Positions 21,386 through 31,376 of a DNA stretch of 64,000 bases are shown one piece after another (the stretch's first letter is position 1; every line of letters begins with the position of its first letter). The stretch comes from an uncultured Gemmatimonadales bacterium. GTDB taxonomy: Bacteria; Gemmatimonadota; Gemmatimonadetes; Longimicrobiales; RSA9. The stretch lies in assembly GCA_963708135.1 (NCBI GenBank), contig OY970192.1, positions 1,312,001 through 1,376,000 of the forward strand. Reading direction: 5' to 3'. A program made the translations under genes and the position numbers. A model generated the notes under the pieces. It had not been told where the DNA came from and did no database searches. It was given only the letters and a program-made list of their open reading frames with translations.

Positions 21386-22869
21386 GGACCCGTCTCTTCG
21401 CCGCGGCCCTCATGGTCGCGGCCACCGCCAGCGGCCTCTGGGCCGTCGCCTCGCGGGAGCGTGGCTTCCCGCACGAAAAGCACGCGCGGCTGTTCCCGGT
21501 GTGCACCGGCTGCCACACGGGAATCGCCGCCGGGGATACGGCGAGCTTCTACCCGGATGCCGCCTTCTGCGCCCGCTGCCATGATGGCAAGCGCGAGCCG
21601 ACCGTCGACTGGACCGGCCCTCACCGGCGGCCGACCAACCTGGCCTTCTCGCACCCGGACCACTTCCAGCGCACCGCTGCGCAGGGCGTGACGCCCGATT
21701 GCCAGACGTGCCACGGCGTCCCTGGCGCCACTGTGCCCATGGCCGTGGAGGAGGCCACGCCGCAGCAATGCATCGCCTGCCACACCCACCAGGCGCCGAC
21801 GCACCTCGCCGAGAGCGCCGTCTGCCGGACGTGTCACGTCCCCGTGGCCAGCGCGAGCGGCCTCGACACGGCGGCCATCGCGGCCTTCCCGCGGCCCGCC
21901 ACCCACACGGCCGCGGACTTCCTCCAGACCCACGGGAAGGGCGTCGGCGCCGCCCAGGCGCAGGCACGCTGCGCCATCTGCCACGCCCGCCAGAGCTGCG
22001 AGCGCTGCCATCTCAACGCCGGATCGGTGGCGGCCATCGCTGCGCTCCAGCCCGATCCCCGCATCGCGGCGCTCGTGGCCGCGAAGAGTGCACGCTACCC
22101 GGAGCCGGCCAGCCACCGCAGCCCCGACTGGAAGCTCGCCCACGGCGCGCGCGCCCGGGCAGGCATCGCGACGTGCGCGAACTGTCACTCCCGGGCGGGC
22201 TGCACCACCTGTCACATCGGGGGCACGGCCGCCCAGGTCATTGCCGCGCTCCCGGCGCCCCGCCCCGGCGGACCGGCCGGCGCGCTCGCCGGCCGGCGCT
22301 ACGCCGCCCGCGAGCCGATCACCCCTGGTGCGCCCCTGTCCAGCGCCGCGCTGCAGGGCGCCGGTGGCACGCGCATGCACCCCGCCGACTTCGCCACCAC
22401 GCACGGCACGGCGGCCGCGGCGGGCCAGCCGAAGTGCTCGAGCTGCCACGAGCAGGCCTACTGCCAGAAGTGCCACGCGGCACCCTCGCGGCCGGGATTC
22501 CACCCTCCGGACTTCATGGCGCGCCACGGCGCGCAGGCGTTCTCGAGCCAGACCGACTGCATGACCTGCCACAACCGCCAGGCCTTCTGCAAGACGTGCC
22601 ACGAGAACTCCCGGATCGCCGCGGGCGCTACGGCCGGGCCGTTCCACACCAGACAGCCGCTCTGGCTGCTCCAGCACGGGCAGGCGGCCCGCCAGGGGCT
22701 GGAGTCGTGCGCCTCGTGCCACAAGCAGCAGGACTGCCTGCGCTGTCACTCCGACATCGGCTGGGGCGTCAATCCGCACGGGCCCGGTTTCGATGCGGAC
22801 AAGATGGCCGCTCGAAACCAGCTCGTCTGCGCCCGCTGCCACGTGGGCGCCACGCCCCGTAAGCCTTAG
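21382..22869 (+). CDS. 16-heme exported cytochrome c
   Basis: RBS AAGGAGGT + GTG; signal peptide; FPHEKH; 16 CxxCH. Confidence 0.9.
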   Translation: MRTRLFAAALMVAATASGLWAVASRERGFPHEKHARLFPVCTGCHTGIAAGDTASFYPDAAFCARCHDGKREPTVDWTGPHRRPTNLAFSHPDHFQRTAAQGVTPDCQTCHGVPGATVPMAVEEATPQQCIACHTHQAPTHLAESAVCRTCHVPVASASGLDTAAIAAFPRPATHTAADFLQTHGKGVGAAQAQARCAICHARQSCERCHLNAGSVAAIAALQPDPRIAALVAAKSARYPEPASHRSPDWKLAHGARARAGIATCANCHSRAGCTTCHIGGTAAQVIAALPAPRPGGPAGALAGRRYAAREPITPGAPLSSAALQGAGGTRMHPADFATTHGTAAAAGQPKCSSCHEQAYCQKCHAAPSRPGFHPPDFMARHGAQAFSSQTDCMTCHNRQAFCKTCHENSRIAAGATAGPFHTRQPLWLLQHGQAARQGLESCASCHKQQDCLRCHSDIGWGVNPHGPGFDADKMAARNQLVCARCHVGATPRKP

Positions 22870-22931
22870 CCCCGCAGGGCGGGGAGGCGCGGCCCGACAG
22901 GCGCGCCTCCCCCATGTAGTCTCGCAACGGA

Positions 22932-22972
22932 CGACGGGTGGGGGAATCTCCGGTTGATTCCCCCACCCGTCG
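22932..22972. terminator. Perfect 17-bp stem-loop between the MHC operon and ccmF
   Basis: CGACGGGTGGGGGAATC-tccggtt-GATTCCCCCACCCGTCG. Confidence 0.65.
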
Positions 22973-23030
22973 CCATATCTTTCGTAACAGCACGGCACTG
23001 CCGTGATGGCTCATAGACTGGGGAGGACGC

Positions 23031-25010
23031 TTGATCCGGATCCTGGGGTACACGGCCATCGTCGTGGCGCTCGCCATCTCGACCTTCGGCGCCGTCGCGG
23101 CCGTCGTGGGCGTGCGGCGCCGCCAGGGCGCGCTGATCCACAGCGCGCAAACCGCCGCGTTCGTCAACTTCGGCCTCATGAGCCTCGCGAATCTCGCGAT
23201 GATCTACGCGCTCGTGACGCACGACTTCAGCATCTCGTACGTCGCGCAGGTGGGCAGCCGCGAGACGCCGCTCTTCTTTACGGTGATCTCCCTCTGGGGC
23301 GCCCTCGAGGGCTCCATCCTCTTCTGGGGCTGGATCCTGTCCGGCTACACCGCGGCGGTCGTCTTCTTCACTCGCGGCAAGCTCGGCTCCCTCGGCGTCT
23401 ACGCCACGGCGACGATGCTCACCGTGGGCGCCTTCTTCTACCTGCTCCTGGTCGGCCCCGCAAACCCGTACCACGCCGTCTTCCCCGTGCCCGCCGACGG
23501 GCCCGGCCCGAACGCGTTACTGCAGAATCATCCGCTCATGGCCGTCCATCCGCCCTTCCTGTACATGGGCTACGTGGGCATGACCGTGCCGTTCGCCTTC
23601 GCCATCGGCGCGCTGCTCTCCGGCAAGCTCGATGACACCTGGATGCGCGTGACCCGACGCTGGACCATGATGGCGTGGATCTTCCTCTCGCTCGCCATCA
23701 TCGCCGGCATGTGGTGGTCCTACGACGTGCTCGGTTGGGGCGGCTACTGGGCGTGGGACCCGGTGGAGAACGCCTCCTTCATGCCCTGGCTGACCGCCAC
23801 GGCCTTCCTCCATTCCGTCATGGTGCAGGAGCGCCGCGGGATGCTCCGCGTCTGGAACGTGAGCCTCGTCGTGGCGACGTTCGTGCTCACGATCCTCGGC
23901 ACGTTCCTCACCCGCAGCGGCGTCCTCTCCTCCGTCCACGCCTTCACCGAGGGGACCATCGGCTTCTACTTCCTCGGCTTCATCGCGCTGGTGCTGCTCT
24001 TCTCGATGGCGGTGCTCGCCGGCCGCAGCAGCGAGCTCCACAGCCAGGGACAGCTCGACCGCATGCTCTCGCGCGAGACCGTCTTCCTGCTCAACAACCT
24101 GCTGCTCACCGCCTTCTGCTTCACGGTGCTGCTCGGCACGCTCTTCCCCCTCCTCGCCGAGGCGCTGCGCGGCGTCAAGGTCAGTGTGGGCGCCCCGTTC
24201 TTCAATAAGATGACCGTGCCGCTCGCCGTCGGCCTGCTCTTCCTGCTCGGCGTGGGCCCCGTCCTCCCCTGGCGCGGCGGAAAGGCCGAATACCTCAGAA
24301 AGCAGTTCCTCGTGCCCGCTCTCGCGGCCCTCTTCGTGGCCGGTGCGAGCATCATCGGCGGGGTGCGCAACGTCTACACGGTCCTGGCCTTCACCTTCGG
24401 CGCCTTCGCCCTCGTCGCCAACCTCGAGCAGTTCGTGTCCGGCGCCGGCGCGCGCATGCGCGCTCACCATGAGGCGCCGCTCCTCGCCCTCGGACGGCTC
24501 GTCGCCGCGAATCGGCGCCGCTACGGCGGCTACATCGCACACATCGGCGTGATCACCGTCGCCATCGGCATCGCCGCCTCCTCGACCTTCCGCGCCGAGC
24601 GCGAGACCACGCTCAAGCCCGGCCAGAGCGTCTCCGTGCGCGGCTACACCGTTCGCTTTGACGGGCTCTGGGCCAAGGACGAGCCCCAGCGCTTCGTCGT
24701 CGGCGCCACCATGAGCGCCCTCGGCGCCGACCAGCAGCCGTACGCGCAGATGGAGCCGCGCCTCAACTTCTACGGCGGCCGCAGCGAGCCGATCACCACG
24801 CCCGCCGTCCGCAGCCGGCCCGACAACGATCTCTACATCAACCTGCTCGCCTTCGAGCGGGACGGCTCTTCCGCCACGGTCCACGTCATCGTCGAGCCGC
24901 TCGTCTACTGGATGTGGCTCGGCGGGCTCATCGTCGCTTTCGGCGGCCTCGTCGGCATCGTGCCTCTGCCGCGCCGCCGCCCGGAGCGGAGGAAGGTCTA
25001 CCAGGTATGA
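23031..25010 (+). CDS. ccmF: Cytochrome c heme lyase (CcmF/NrfE family)
   Basis: HPPFLYMGY; WGGYWAWDPVEN WWD domain; SVHAF. Confidence 0.95.
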   Translation: MIRILGYTAIVVALAISTFGAVAAVVGVRRRQGALIHSAQTAAFVNFGLMSLANLAMIYALVTHDFSISYVAQVGSRETPLFFTVISLWGALEGSILFWGWILSGYTAAVVFFTRGKLGSLGVYATATMLTVGAFFYLLLVGPANPYHAVFPVPADGPGPNALLQNHPLMAVHPPFLYMGYVGMTVPFAFAIGALLSGKLDDTWMRVTRRWTMMAWIFLSLAIIAGMWWSYDVLGWGGYWAWDPVENASFMPWLTATAFLHSVMVQERRGMLRVWNVSLVVATFVLTILGTFLTRSGVLSSVHAFTEGTIGFYFLGFIALVLLFSMAVLAGRSSELHSQGQLDRMLSRETVFLLNNLLLTAFCFTVLLGTLFPLLAEALRGVKVSVGAPFFNKMTVPLAVGLLFLLGVGPVLPWRGGKAEYLRKQFLVPALAALFVAGASIIGGVRNVYTVLAFTFGAFALVANLEQFVSGAGARMRAHHEAPLLALGRLVAANRRRYGGYIAHIGVITVAIGIAASSTFRAERETTLKPGQSVSVRGYTVRFDGLWAKDEPQRFVVGATMSALGADQQPYAQMEPRLNFYGGRSEPITTPAVRSRPDNDLYINLLAFERDGSSATVHVIVEPLVYWMWLGGLIVAFGGLVGIVPLPRRRPERRKVYQV

Positions 25011-25630
25011 ACTGGAAGCGCGCCGGTATCGGGATCGGAGCGGCCATTCCCGTGGTCGCGCTCCTCTCCTTCGGCCTCACCCGCGACCCGTCTCTCATTC
25101 CTTCCCCGCTGCCCGGGAAGGCGGCGCCCACGTTCGCCTTGAGGACCATGGACGCGGGCGACAGCATCCGGCTCGCCGACCTCCACGGCCAGGTCGTCGT
25201 CCTCAACTTCTGGGCCTCCTGGTGCCTGGCGTGCCGTGACGAGCACGCCACCCTCGCCGAGGCGGCCGCCCTCTACCAGCCCCTCGGGGTCCGCTTCTTC
25301 GGCGTCCTCTACGACGACTCGCCCGGCAATGGCAAGGCTTACATCCAGGAGATGGGCGGACAGGGCTACCCGACGCTGCTCGACCCCGAGACACGCACCG
25401 CCATCAGCTACGGCCTCTACGGCGTTCCCGAGACCTTCTTCATCGCCCGCGACGGCCGCGTCGCCTACAAGCAGATCGGGCCCGTCAGCCTCGACGGCAT
25501 GAGAAAGATCCTCGACCCGCTCCTTGCCGAGAAGGCGCCCCCCGCAGCCAGCGGCCGCGAGATCTCCCGCAGCCCCGCCCCCGACCGCCGCCTCGCCCGG
25601 CAGGGAGCGGGACGTCAGGAGTCACGATGA
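25007..25630 (+). CDS. ccmG: Thiol:disulfide oxidoreductase (CcmG/DsbE)
   Basis: NFWASWCLAC; YGVPETF; N-terminal anchor. Confidence 0.9.
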   Translation: MNWKRAGIGIGAAIPVVALLSFGLTRDPSLIPSPLPGKAAPTFALRTMDAGDSIRLADLHGQVVVLNFWASWCLACRDEHATLAEAAALYQPLGVRFFGVLYDDSPGNGKAYIQEMGGQGYPTLLDPETRTAISYGLYGVPETFFIARDGRVAYKQIGPVSLDGMRKILDPLLAEKAPPAASGREISRSPAPDRRLARQGAGRQESR

Positions 25631-26145
25631 ACCCCTTTGCGATCCTCGCCCTCGCCCTCGCCCTCGCGCCCGCGCCACCTCAGAGGCCCGACACCGGCAT
25701 GATCGGCGTCGTGCCCGCCGCCGCCGCCGCGCCCGGCTCGCGTCAGGACAGCATCCTCAATGCGCGCACCAAGGAGGTCGCCTCCCAGCTGCGCTGTCCC
25801 GTCTGTCAGGGACTCTCCCTCCAGGACTCGCCTTCCGACCTCGCCCGCCAGATGCGCGCGCTCGTCCATGACCAGCTCGCCGCCGGGAAGAGCCCCGACG
25901 AGGTCAAGCAGTACTTCGTCAGCAAGTACGGCGAGTGGATCCTCCTGCAGCCGCAGGCCCACGGCTTCAACCTCGTCGCCTACCTGCTGCCCGCCCTCGT
26001 CCTCCTCGCCGGCGCGGCCCTCGTCTGGACCGCCGCCCGCCGCTGGGTCCGCAGCCCCGAGGGACCCGAAGGGCCAGCCGAGGATCCGGGCCGCGATGCG
26101 ACAGCACCCCCCGAGGAATCGGGCGAAACAGCCTCGAGCCGCTGA
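25627..26145 (+). CDS. ccmH: Cytochrome c biogenesis protein CcmH/NrfF
   Basis: LRCPVCQG; YFVSKYGEWIL; C-terminal TM. Confidence 0.9.
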   Translation: MNPFAILALALALAPAPPQRPDTGMIGVVPAAAAAPGSRQDSILNARTKEVASQLRCPVCQGLSLQDSPSDLARQMRALVHDQLAAGKSPDEVKQYFVSKYGEWILLQPQAHGFNLVAYLLPALVLLAGAALVWTAARRWVRSPEGPEGPAEDPGRDATAPPEESGETASSR

Positions 26146-26186
26146 CGGATCGGGCGGCGTGGCTCTCCTCGCAAGGTACAGTCTTG

Positions 26187-26219
26187 CCCCTGAATGTCGC
26201 AAACTGCGACATTCAGGGG
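26187..26219. promoter_or_regulatory. Perfect 15-bp-arm palindrome; probable activator-binding site or terminator
   Basis: CCCCTGAATGTCGCA-AAC-TGCGACATTCAGGGG upstream of the NtrC-family gene. Confidence 0.55.
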
Positions 26220-26376
26220 AGCGTGCGGCCGGGGCCGGCCGCCGGATGTGGTCCGTAGGCGATTGTGTGGTAAGGGGTTACACGAATGAGCACCGCCGCC
26301 GCGCAAGTGGTATGGAATGCGCGACGGGATCCGTTCGGGCTCTCCAGTTGCGCAACGATACCGAGGCGGTTGACCG

Positions 26377-27786
26377 ATGACGGAGCAATCCAGCGAGCGT
26401 CCGAAGGCCCGCGTACTCGTGGTCGAGGACGAGGAGATCGTGCGGGACCTGCTGGTGAAGGTCCTGGACGACGAAGGGTACGTCGTGGAGTCGGTCGATA
26501 GCGGTGAGAAGGCGCTGAAGGCGCTGGACGCCGAGCTCTACGATGTCGTGCTGCTGGACCTTAACCTGCCGGGCATGTACGGGATGAACGTGCTGGCGGC
26601 GGCGCCGTCGCTTCAGACGGACGCGGCGTTCATCGTGATGACGGCGTTCGGGTCGGTGGACACGGCCGTGGAGGCGATGAAGCTGGGCGCGTTCGATTAC
26701 ATCAACAAGCCGTTCCGCCCGGAGGAGCTGCTGCTGGTTGTGGAGCGGGCGCTGCGGGAGACGGAGCTGCGGCGGGAGGTGGCGCAGCTGCGCCGGCGGG
26801 CGGGCGAGGGGGCGCGGGGGAGCATCGTCGGGAAGTCGCCGGCGCTCGAGCGGATGTTCGATCTGATCGAGCGGGTGGCGCCGACGCGGGCCACGGTGCT
26901 GATCACGGGGGAGACGGGGACGGGCAAGGAGCTGGCGGCGCGGGCGCTACACGAGCTTTCGGGGCGCGTGCGGAAGCCGTTCGTGGCGATCAACTGCTCG
27001 GCGCTGCCGGAGACGCTGCTGGAGACGGAGCTGTTCGGGCACATGCGGGGCAGCTTCACGGGGGCGATCCAGAACAAGCGCGGCCTGTTCGAGGAGGCGA
27101 ACGGCGGCACGCTGTTCCTGGACGAGATCTCGACGGTCTCGCAGTCGATCCAGGTGAAGCTCCTGCGCGTGCTGCAGGACCGGAAGATCCAGCGGATCGG
27201 CGGGACCCAACAGCTTCCCGTGGACTTCCGGCTGGTGGCCGCCACGAACGTCGAGCTGGCGGAGCGGGTGGAGAACGGGGAGTTCCGAGAGGACCTGTTC
27301 TACCGGCTGAACGTGTTCCCGATTCGAGTTCCGGCGCTACGTGAGCGGAAGAGCGACATCCCCTTGCTGGCCAACTACTTCCGGACGAAGTTCGCGCAGG
27401 AGAACGGGGTCGAGGCGCCGGAGATCTCGCCCGAGACCATGCGGCGCCTGATCGAGTACGAGTGGCCGGGCAACGTGCGTGAGCTCGAGAACTTCATCGA
27501 GCGGGCGGTGATCATGCACGCCGGCGCTCGCTCGATCCCCTTCGACGCGCCGGCCGGGCAGAAGGAGAAGACGGAGCGCGACATGATCGCGCGGGCCCGC
27601 CAGGAGCGCTGGAACCTCGAGCAGCTGGAGCGCGAGTACATCCTCAATGTGCTGGACCAGACGCGGGGCCACAAGGGCAACGCCGCCGAGGTCCTGGGCA
27701 TCGACCGCCGGACGCTCTACCGGAAGCTGAAGAAATATCAGGACGATGGGCTGCTGCAGGAGCTCGAGCTCGCCGGCGTCGATTAG
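26377..27786 (+). CDS. Sigma54-dependent response regulator (NtrC/AtoC/ZraR family)
   Basis: REC domain; GETGTGKE; GSFTGA; WPGNVREL; HTH. Confidence 0.95.
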   Translation: MTEQSSERPKARVLVVEDEEIVRDLLVKVLDDEGYVVESVDSGEKALKALDAELYDVVLLDLNLPGMYGMNVLAAAPSLQTDAAFIVMTAFGSVDTAVEAMKLGAFDYINKPFRPEELLLVVERALRETELRREVAQLRRRAGEGARGSIVGKSPALERMFDLIERVAPTRATVLITGETGTGKELAARALHELSGRVRKPFVAINCSALPETLLETELFGHMRGSFTGAIQNKRGLFEEANGGTLFLDEISTVSQSIQVKLLRVLQDRKIQRIGGTQQLPVDFRLVAATNVELAERVENGEFREDLFYRLNVFPIRVPALRERKSDIPLLANYFRTKFAQENGVEAPEISPETMRRLIEYEWPGNVRELENFIERAVIMHAGARSIPFDAPAGQKEKTERDMIARARQERWNLEQLEREYILNVLDQTRGHKGNAAEVLGIDRRTLYRKLKKYQDDGLLQELELAGVD

Positions 27787-27811
27787 GATGCGGAGGCGCG
27801 CGATCGTCTGA

Positions 27812-29404
27812 CTACGCGCGATCGACCGGCCTGGGCGTCGCCGGCCGTGCCGGCAGCCGCAGCGTGAACGTCGATCCGACGCCCGGCGTGGTGTCCACGG
27901 TCACATCCCCGCCCATGAGGCGGGCGAGCTGTCGGGAGAGCGGCAGGCCCAGGCCCGTGCCGCGGCCCTTCGCCGCGACCGACACCTGCTCGTACGGCCG
28001 GAAGATGCGCTCAATGTCCTCCGGCGCGATACCCGGACCGGTATCGCGCACCCACGCCAGCACCTCGCCCGCCTCGTTCCGCTCGACGCCCGCCGTGATC
28101 TCGCCGCCCGCCGGCGTGAACTTCGTCGCATTGGTCAGCAGGTTCACCATGATCTGACGGACCCGCATCGGGTCGGCCTCCACGACCACGCCGCGCTGCA
28201 GGGGCGAGGCGACCTGCATGCGGATGCCGGCGGATTCGGCATCCGGGCGCATCTGCAGCACGGCGTCGTGCACCACCTCCCCGACATCGACGGGCCAGGA
28301 GGTGAGCGTGAGGCGGCCCTCCTGGATGCGGGAGAGGCTGAGCAGATCCTCGATGAGCTTGCTTGCGCCCTCGGCGCCCTTCATGATCTTGCCGAGCCCG
28401 TCCCTCCACTCCTCGATGGTGTCCGGTTCGCGGCGGATCAGGTGGCGCGCCCAGACGGTGACCCCCGCCACCGCGTTTCCGAGCTCGTGGCTGACCGCGG
28501 CGAAGAAGCGGTCGCGCTCCTGGCGGAGCTGGGCGTTCTCGATGGCAACGGCCGCCTGGGCGGCGAGCATCTCGATGATGGCCAGGTCGTTTCCGCTGAA
28601 ATCCTCCGCCCCGACCTTCTCCGTCACGTAGAGATTGCCGAAGACGCGTCCTTTGCTGGTGACGGGCACGCCGAGGAACGACTGCATCTTGGGGTGGTGC
28701 GGGGGGACCCCGGAGGTGGCGGGGTGCTCGCTGAGGTCGTGCAGCCGGATCGGCTTGGGCTCACGGATCAGCAACCCGAGGATGCCGTGGCCGGCGGGCA
28801 GGTGGCCGATGCGCGCGCGTTGCTCGGGAGTGAGCCCGGCCGTGATGAAGTCGGAGAGTCCGGTGCCCTCTGCGTTGATCACGCCCATGGCGGCGTAGCG
28901 GGCATCCACCATTTCCCGGACCACGTCAACGAGCACCTGGAGCACACGATCGAGCGAGAGCGCCGAGGAGAGGGCGAGCCCGGCCTCGACGAGTCCCTCC
29001 GTGACGCGCTCCCCCTCAGCGTCCGCCGCCGCGGCGATGCGCACGTGCCGCTCGCGCAGCTGGACCAGGACGGACTCCCGAAGCGGCATGACGGTCACGT
29101 CGTAGTGGCCCTGATGCTGGTCCGTGCTGTAGCGCGTGGTGAAGGTGACGGTCTGCCCTTCATCCACCGCCTGGCGCACGCGTCGCTCGAAGGGGGTGTT
29201 CTCGAGCATCGGCAGCGCATCGTATACCGTCCCGCGGGGCACGAAGTCCACGCCCACGAGCCGGCGGGCGGCCACGTTGGCCCGCAGCACGCACCAGTCC
29301 CGGTCGAGGAGCACGACGGCGTCGGACAGCAGGTCGATCACCTGCCAGTCGGCGTCGGCGAGGCTGCTCGTCTTGCTCCGCTTCGCGCGCTTCTCGTTGG
29401 CCAT
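27812..29404 (-). CDS. Cytoplasmic PAS-GAF histidine kinase with DosS/DevS-like GAF
   Basis: IGHLPAGHGILGLLI...HPATSGVPPHHPKMQSFLGVP; SHELGN; N and G boxes; no TM helix. Confidence 0.9.
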   Translation of the reverse strand: MANEKRAKRSKTSSLADADWQVIDLLSDAVVLLDRDWCVLRANVAARRLVGVDFVPRGTVYDALPMLENTPFERRVRQAVDEGQTVTFTTRYSTDQHQGHYDVTVMPLRESVLVQLRERHVRIAAAADAEGERVTEGLVEAGLALSSALSLDRVLQVLVDVVREMVDARYAAMGVINAEGTGLSDFITAGLTPEQRARIGHLPAGHGILGLLIREPKPIRLHDLSEHPATSGVPPHHPKMQSFLGVPVTSKGRVFGNLYVTEKVGAEDFSGNDLAIIEMLAAQAAVAIENAQLRQERDRFFAAVSHELGNAVAGVTVWARHLIRREPDTIEEWRDGLGKIMKGAEGASKLIEDLLSLSRIQEGRLTLTSWPVDVGEVVHDAVLQMRPDAESAGIRMQVASPLQRGVVVEADPMRVRQIMVNLLTNATKFTPAGGEITAGVERNEAGEVLAWVRDTGPGIAPEDIERIFRPYEQVSVAAKGRGTGLGLPLSRQLARLMGGDVTVDTTPGVGSTFTLRLPARPATPRPVDRA

Positions 29405-29425
29405 ATTGGAATCCGGACTGCTGCC

Positions 29426-31093
29426 TCAGAACAGGCCGTGGATGGTCCCGTCCGGGTCCAGCCTCATCGCCTCGGCCGCCGGGGTCCTCGGCAGCCCGGG
29501 CATCGTCATGATATCCCCCGTCTGCGCGACTACGAACCCCGCTCCCGCGGAGGGCGTGACCTCGCGCACCGTGATCCTGAAGCCCGTGGGCGCTCCCAGC
29601 AGCCTGGGATCATCGGCGAAGGAATACTGCGTCTTGGCCATACACACCGGCACGGCGCCGAGGCCGATGGACTCGAGCTTCGCGATCTGCTTCTCCGCCG
29701 CGCTCGTGTAGTCCACGCCGTCCGCGCGGTAGATCTCCGTGGCGACCCTCTCCATCTTCGCCTTGAGCGGCTGCTCCAGCTCGTAGAGCGGAGCATACGT
29801 CGCGCCGCCCCCCTCCAGGACGTCCAGCACCAGGTCGGCGAGCTCCAGCGCTCCGGCTCCGCCGTGGCCGTGCACGTCGGCCACCGCCACCGGCACCTCC
29901 ATCCCCCGGCACGCTTCCACGAGCGCGTCCAGCTCCTCCGCGCTGTCGCTCGCGAAGCGATTGATCCCGACCACCGGCGGCACCCCGAACTTGCGCACGT
30001 TCTCGACGTGGCGCGCCAGGTTGGCCGCGCCCCGCGAGACGGCCGCGGGGTCCGGCGTCGCCAGCCCCGTGCGCGCCACGCCGCCGTGCATCTTGAGCGC
30101 CCGGATCGTCGCGACTACCACCGCCGCGCCCGGCTCGAGGCCGCCGGCCCGCGCCTTGATGTCGAAGAACTTCTCCGCGCCGAGGTCCGCTCCGAAGCCG
30201 GCCTCCGTCACCACGAGATCCGCGAGGGCCAGCCCCGCCCGCGTGGCGATGAGCGAGTTGCACCCGTGCGCGATGTTGCCGAACGGACCGCCGTGGATGA
30301 AGGCCGGCGTGCCCTCCAGCGTCTGGACCAGGTTCGGCGCGATCGCGTCTCCCAGCAGCAGCGTCATCGCGCCCGACGCGCCCAGGTCTGCCGAGCGCAC
30401 GGGCGCTCCCGCCCGGTCGTAGCCCACGATGATGCGGCCCAGCCGTGCCTCCAGGTCCTCCGCATCGCGCGCCAGCGCGAAGATCGCCATGATCTCCGAA
30501 GCCGCCGTGATCATGAACCCGTCCTGCCGCGGCACGCCGCCCGTGGGACCGCCGAGCCCGATCACGATCTGACGCAGCGCGCGGTCGTTCATGTCCACCG
30601 CGCGCTTCCAGGTGATCCGCCGCGCATCGATCCCGAGCGCGTTGCCCTGGTGCAGGTGGTTGTCCAGCATCGCCGAGAGCAGCGCGTGCGCCGACGTGAT
30701 CGCGTGGAAGTCTCCCGTGAAGTGGAGGTTGATGGCCTCCATCGGCACCACCTGCGCGTAGCCGCCCCCCGACGCGCCCCCCTTCACCCCGAACACCGGG
30801 CCCAGGCTCGGCTGCCGCAGGCACAGCACCACGCGCCGCGAGCGCCGGCGCAGCCCGTCCGCCAGCCCCACCGCCATGGTGGATTTCCCCTCGCCCGCCG
30901 GCGTCGGGTTGATCCCCGTCACCAGCACCAGGCGTCCGCCCGCGCCGCGCCGCCGCTCGATCGCCTCCAGATGCACCTTGGCCTTGTAGCGGCCGTACAG
31001 GTCGATGTCCGTCTCCGGCAGGTCCAGCTCCGCCGCTACCTCCACGATCGGCTTCAGCTCGGCGGCCTGGGCAATCTCGATATCCGTGCGCAT
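29426..31093 (-). CDS. fhs: Formate-tetrahydrofolate ligase
   Basis: TPAGEGKS, GVKGGASGGGY, INLHFTGD, HGGPFGNIAHG, CMAKTQYS, MTMPGL. Confidence 0.97.
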   Translation of the reverse strand: MRTDIEIAQAAELKPIVEVAAELDLPETDIDLYGRYKAKVHLEAIERRRGAGGRLVLVTGINPTPAGEGKSTMAVGLADGLRRRSRRVVLCLRQPSLGPVFGVKGGASGGGYAQVVPMEAINLHFTGDFHAITSAHALLSAMLDNHLHQGNALGIDARRITWKRAVDMNDRALRQIVIGLGGPTGGVPRQDGFMITAASEIMAIFALARDAEDLEARLGRIIVGYDRAGAPVRSADLGASGAMTLLLGDAIAPNLVQTLEGTPAFIHGGPFGNIAHGCNSLIATRAGLALADLVVTEAGFGADLGAEKFFDIKARAGGLEPGAAVVVATIRALKMHGGVARTGLATPDPAAVSRGAANLARHVENVRKFGVPPVVGINRFASDSAEELDALVEACRGMEVPVAVADVHGHGGAGALELADLVLDVLEGGGATYAPLYELEQPLKAKMERVATEIYRADGVDYTSAAEKQIAKLESIGLGAVPVCMAKTQYSFADDPRLLGAPTGFRITVREVTPSAGAGFVVAQTGDIMTMPGLPRTPAAEAMRLDPDGTIHGLF

Positions 31094-31304
31094 CGGGCTC
31101 CGGCACCTCGTTCGGTTGCTGTTTGCTGGTATCCGGCTTCGATCCAGCCGTTCAGTCAGTATACGCGCAAGCCCGACGGCCGGCCACACCTCGCCGCCAC
31201 CATCGCGCCCCGCGTCGGCGTAACCTCCGGGGCGGTGCGCGACTGCGATGGGGCGAAACAGGACAGGACGTTTCGGAAAGTCGCGTTTTTGGGCCATAGC
31301 CAGA

Positions 31305-31319
31305 GGGCACGCTTTCTGC
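31305..31319 (+). promoter_or_regulatory. Putative sigma54 promoter of the hypCDE operon
   Basis: GGGCACGCTTTCTGC (GGCACG-N4-CTGC), about 57 nt upstream of hypC. Confidence 0.6.
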
Positions 31320-31376
31320 CCCCTCGGACCGCCGATCCTTGCGATCGACAGGAACCCAAATCGGCGAGGAACGCAC

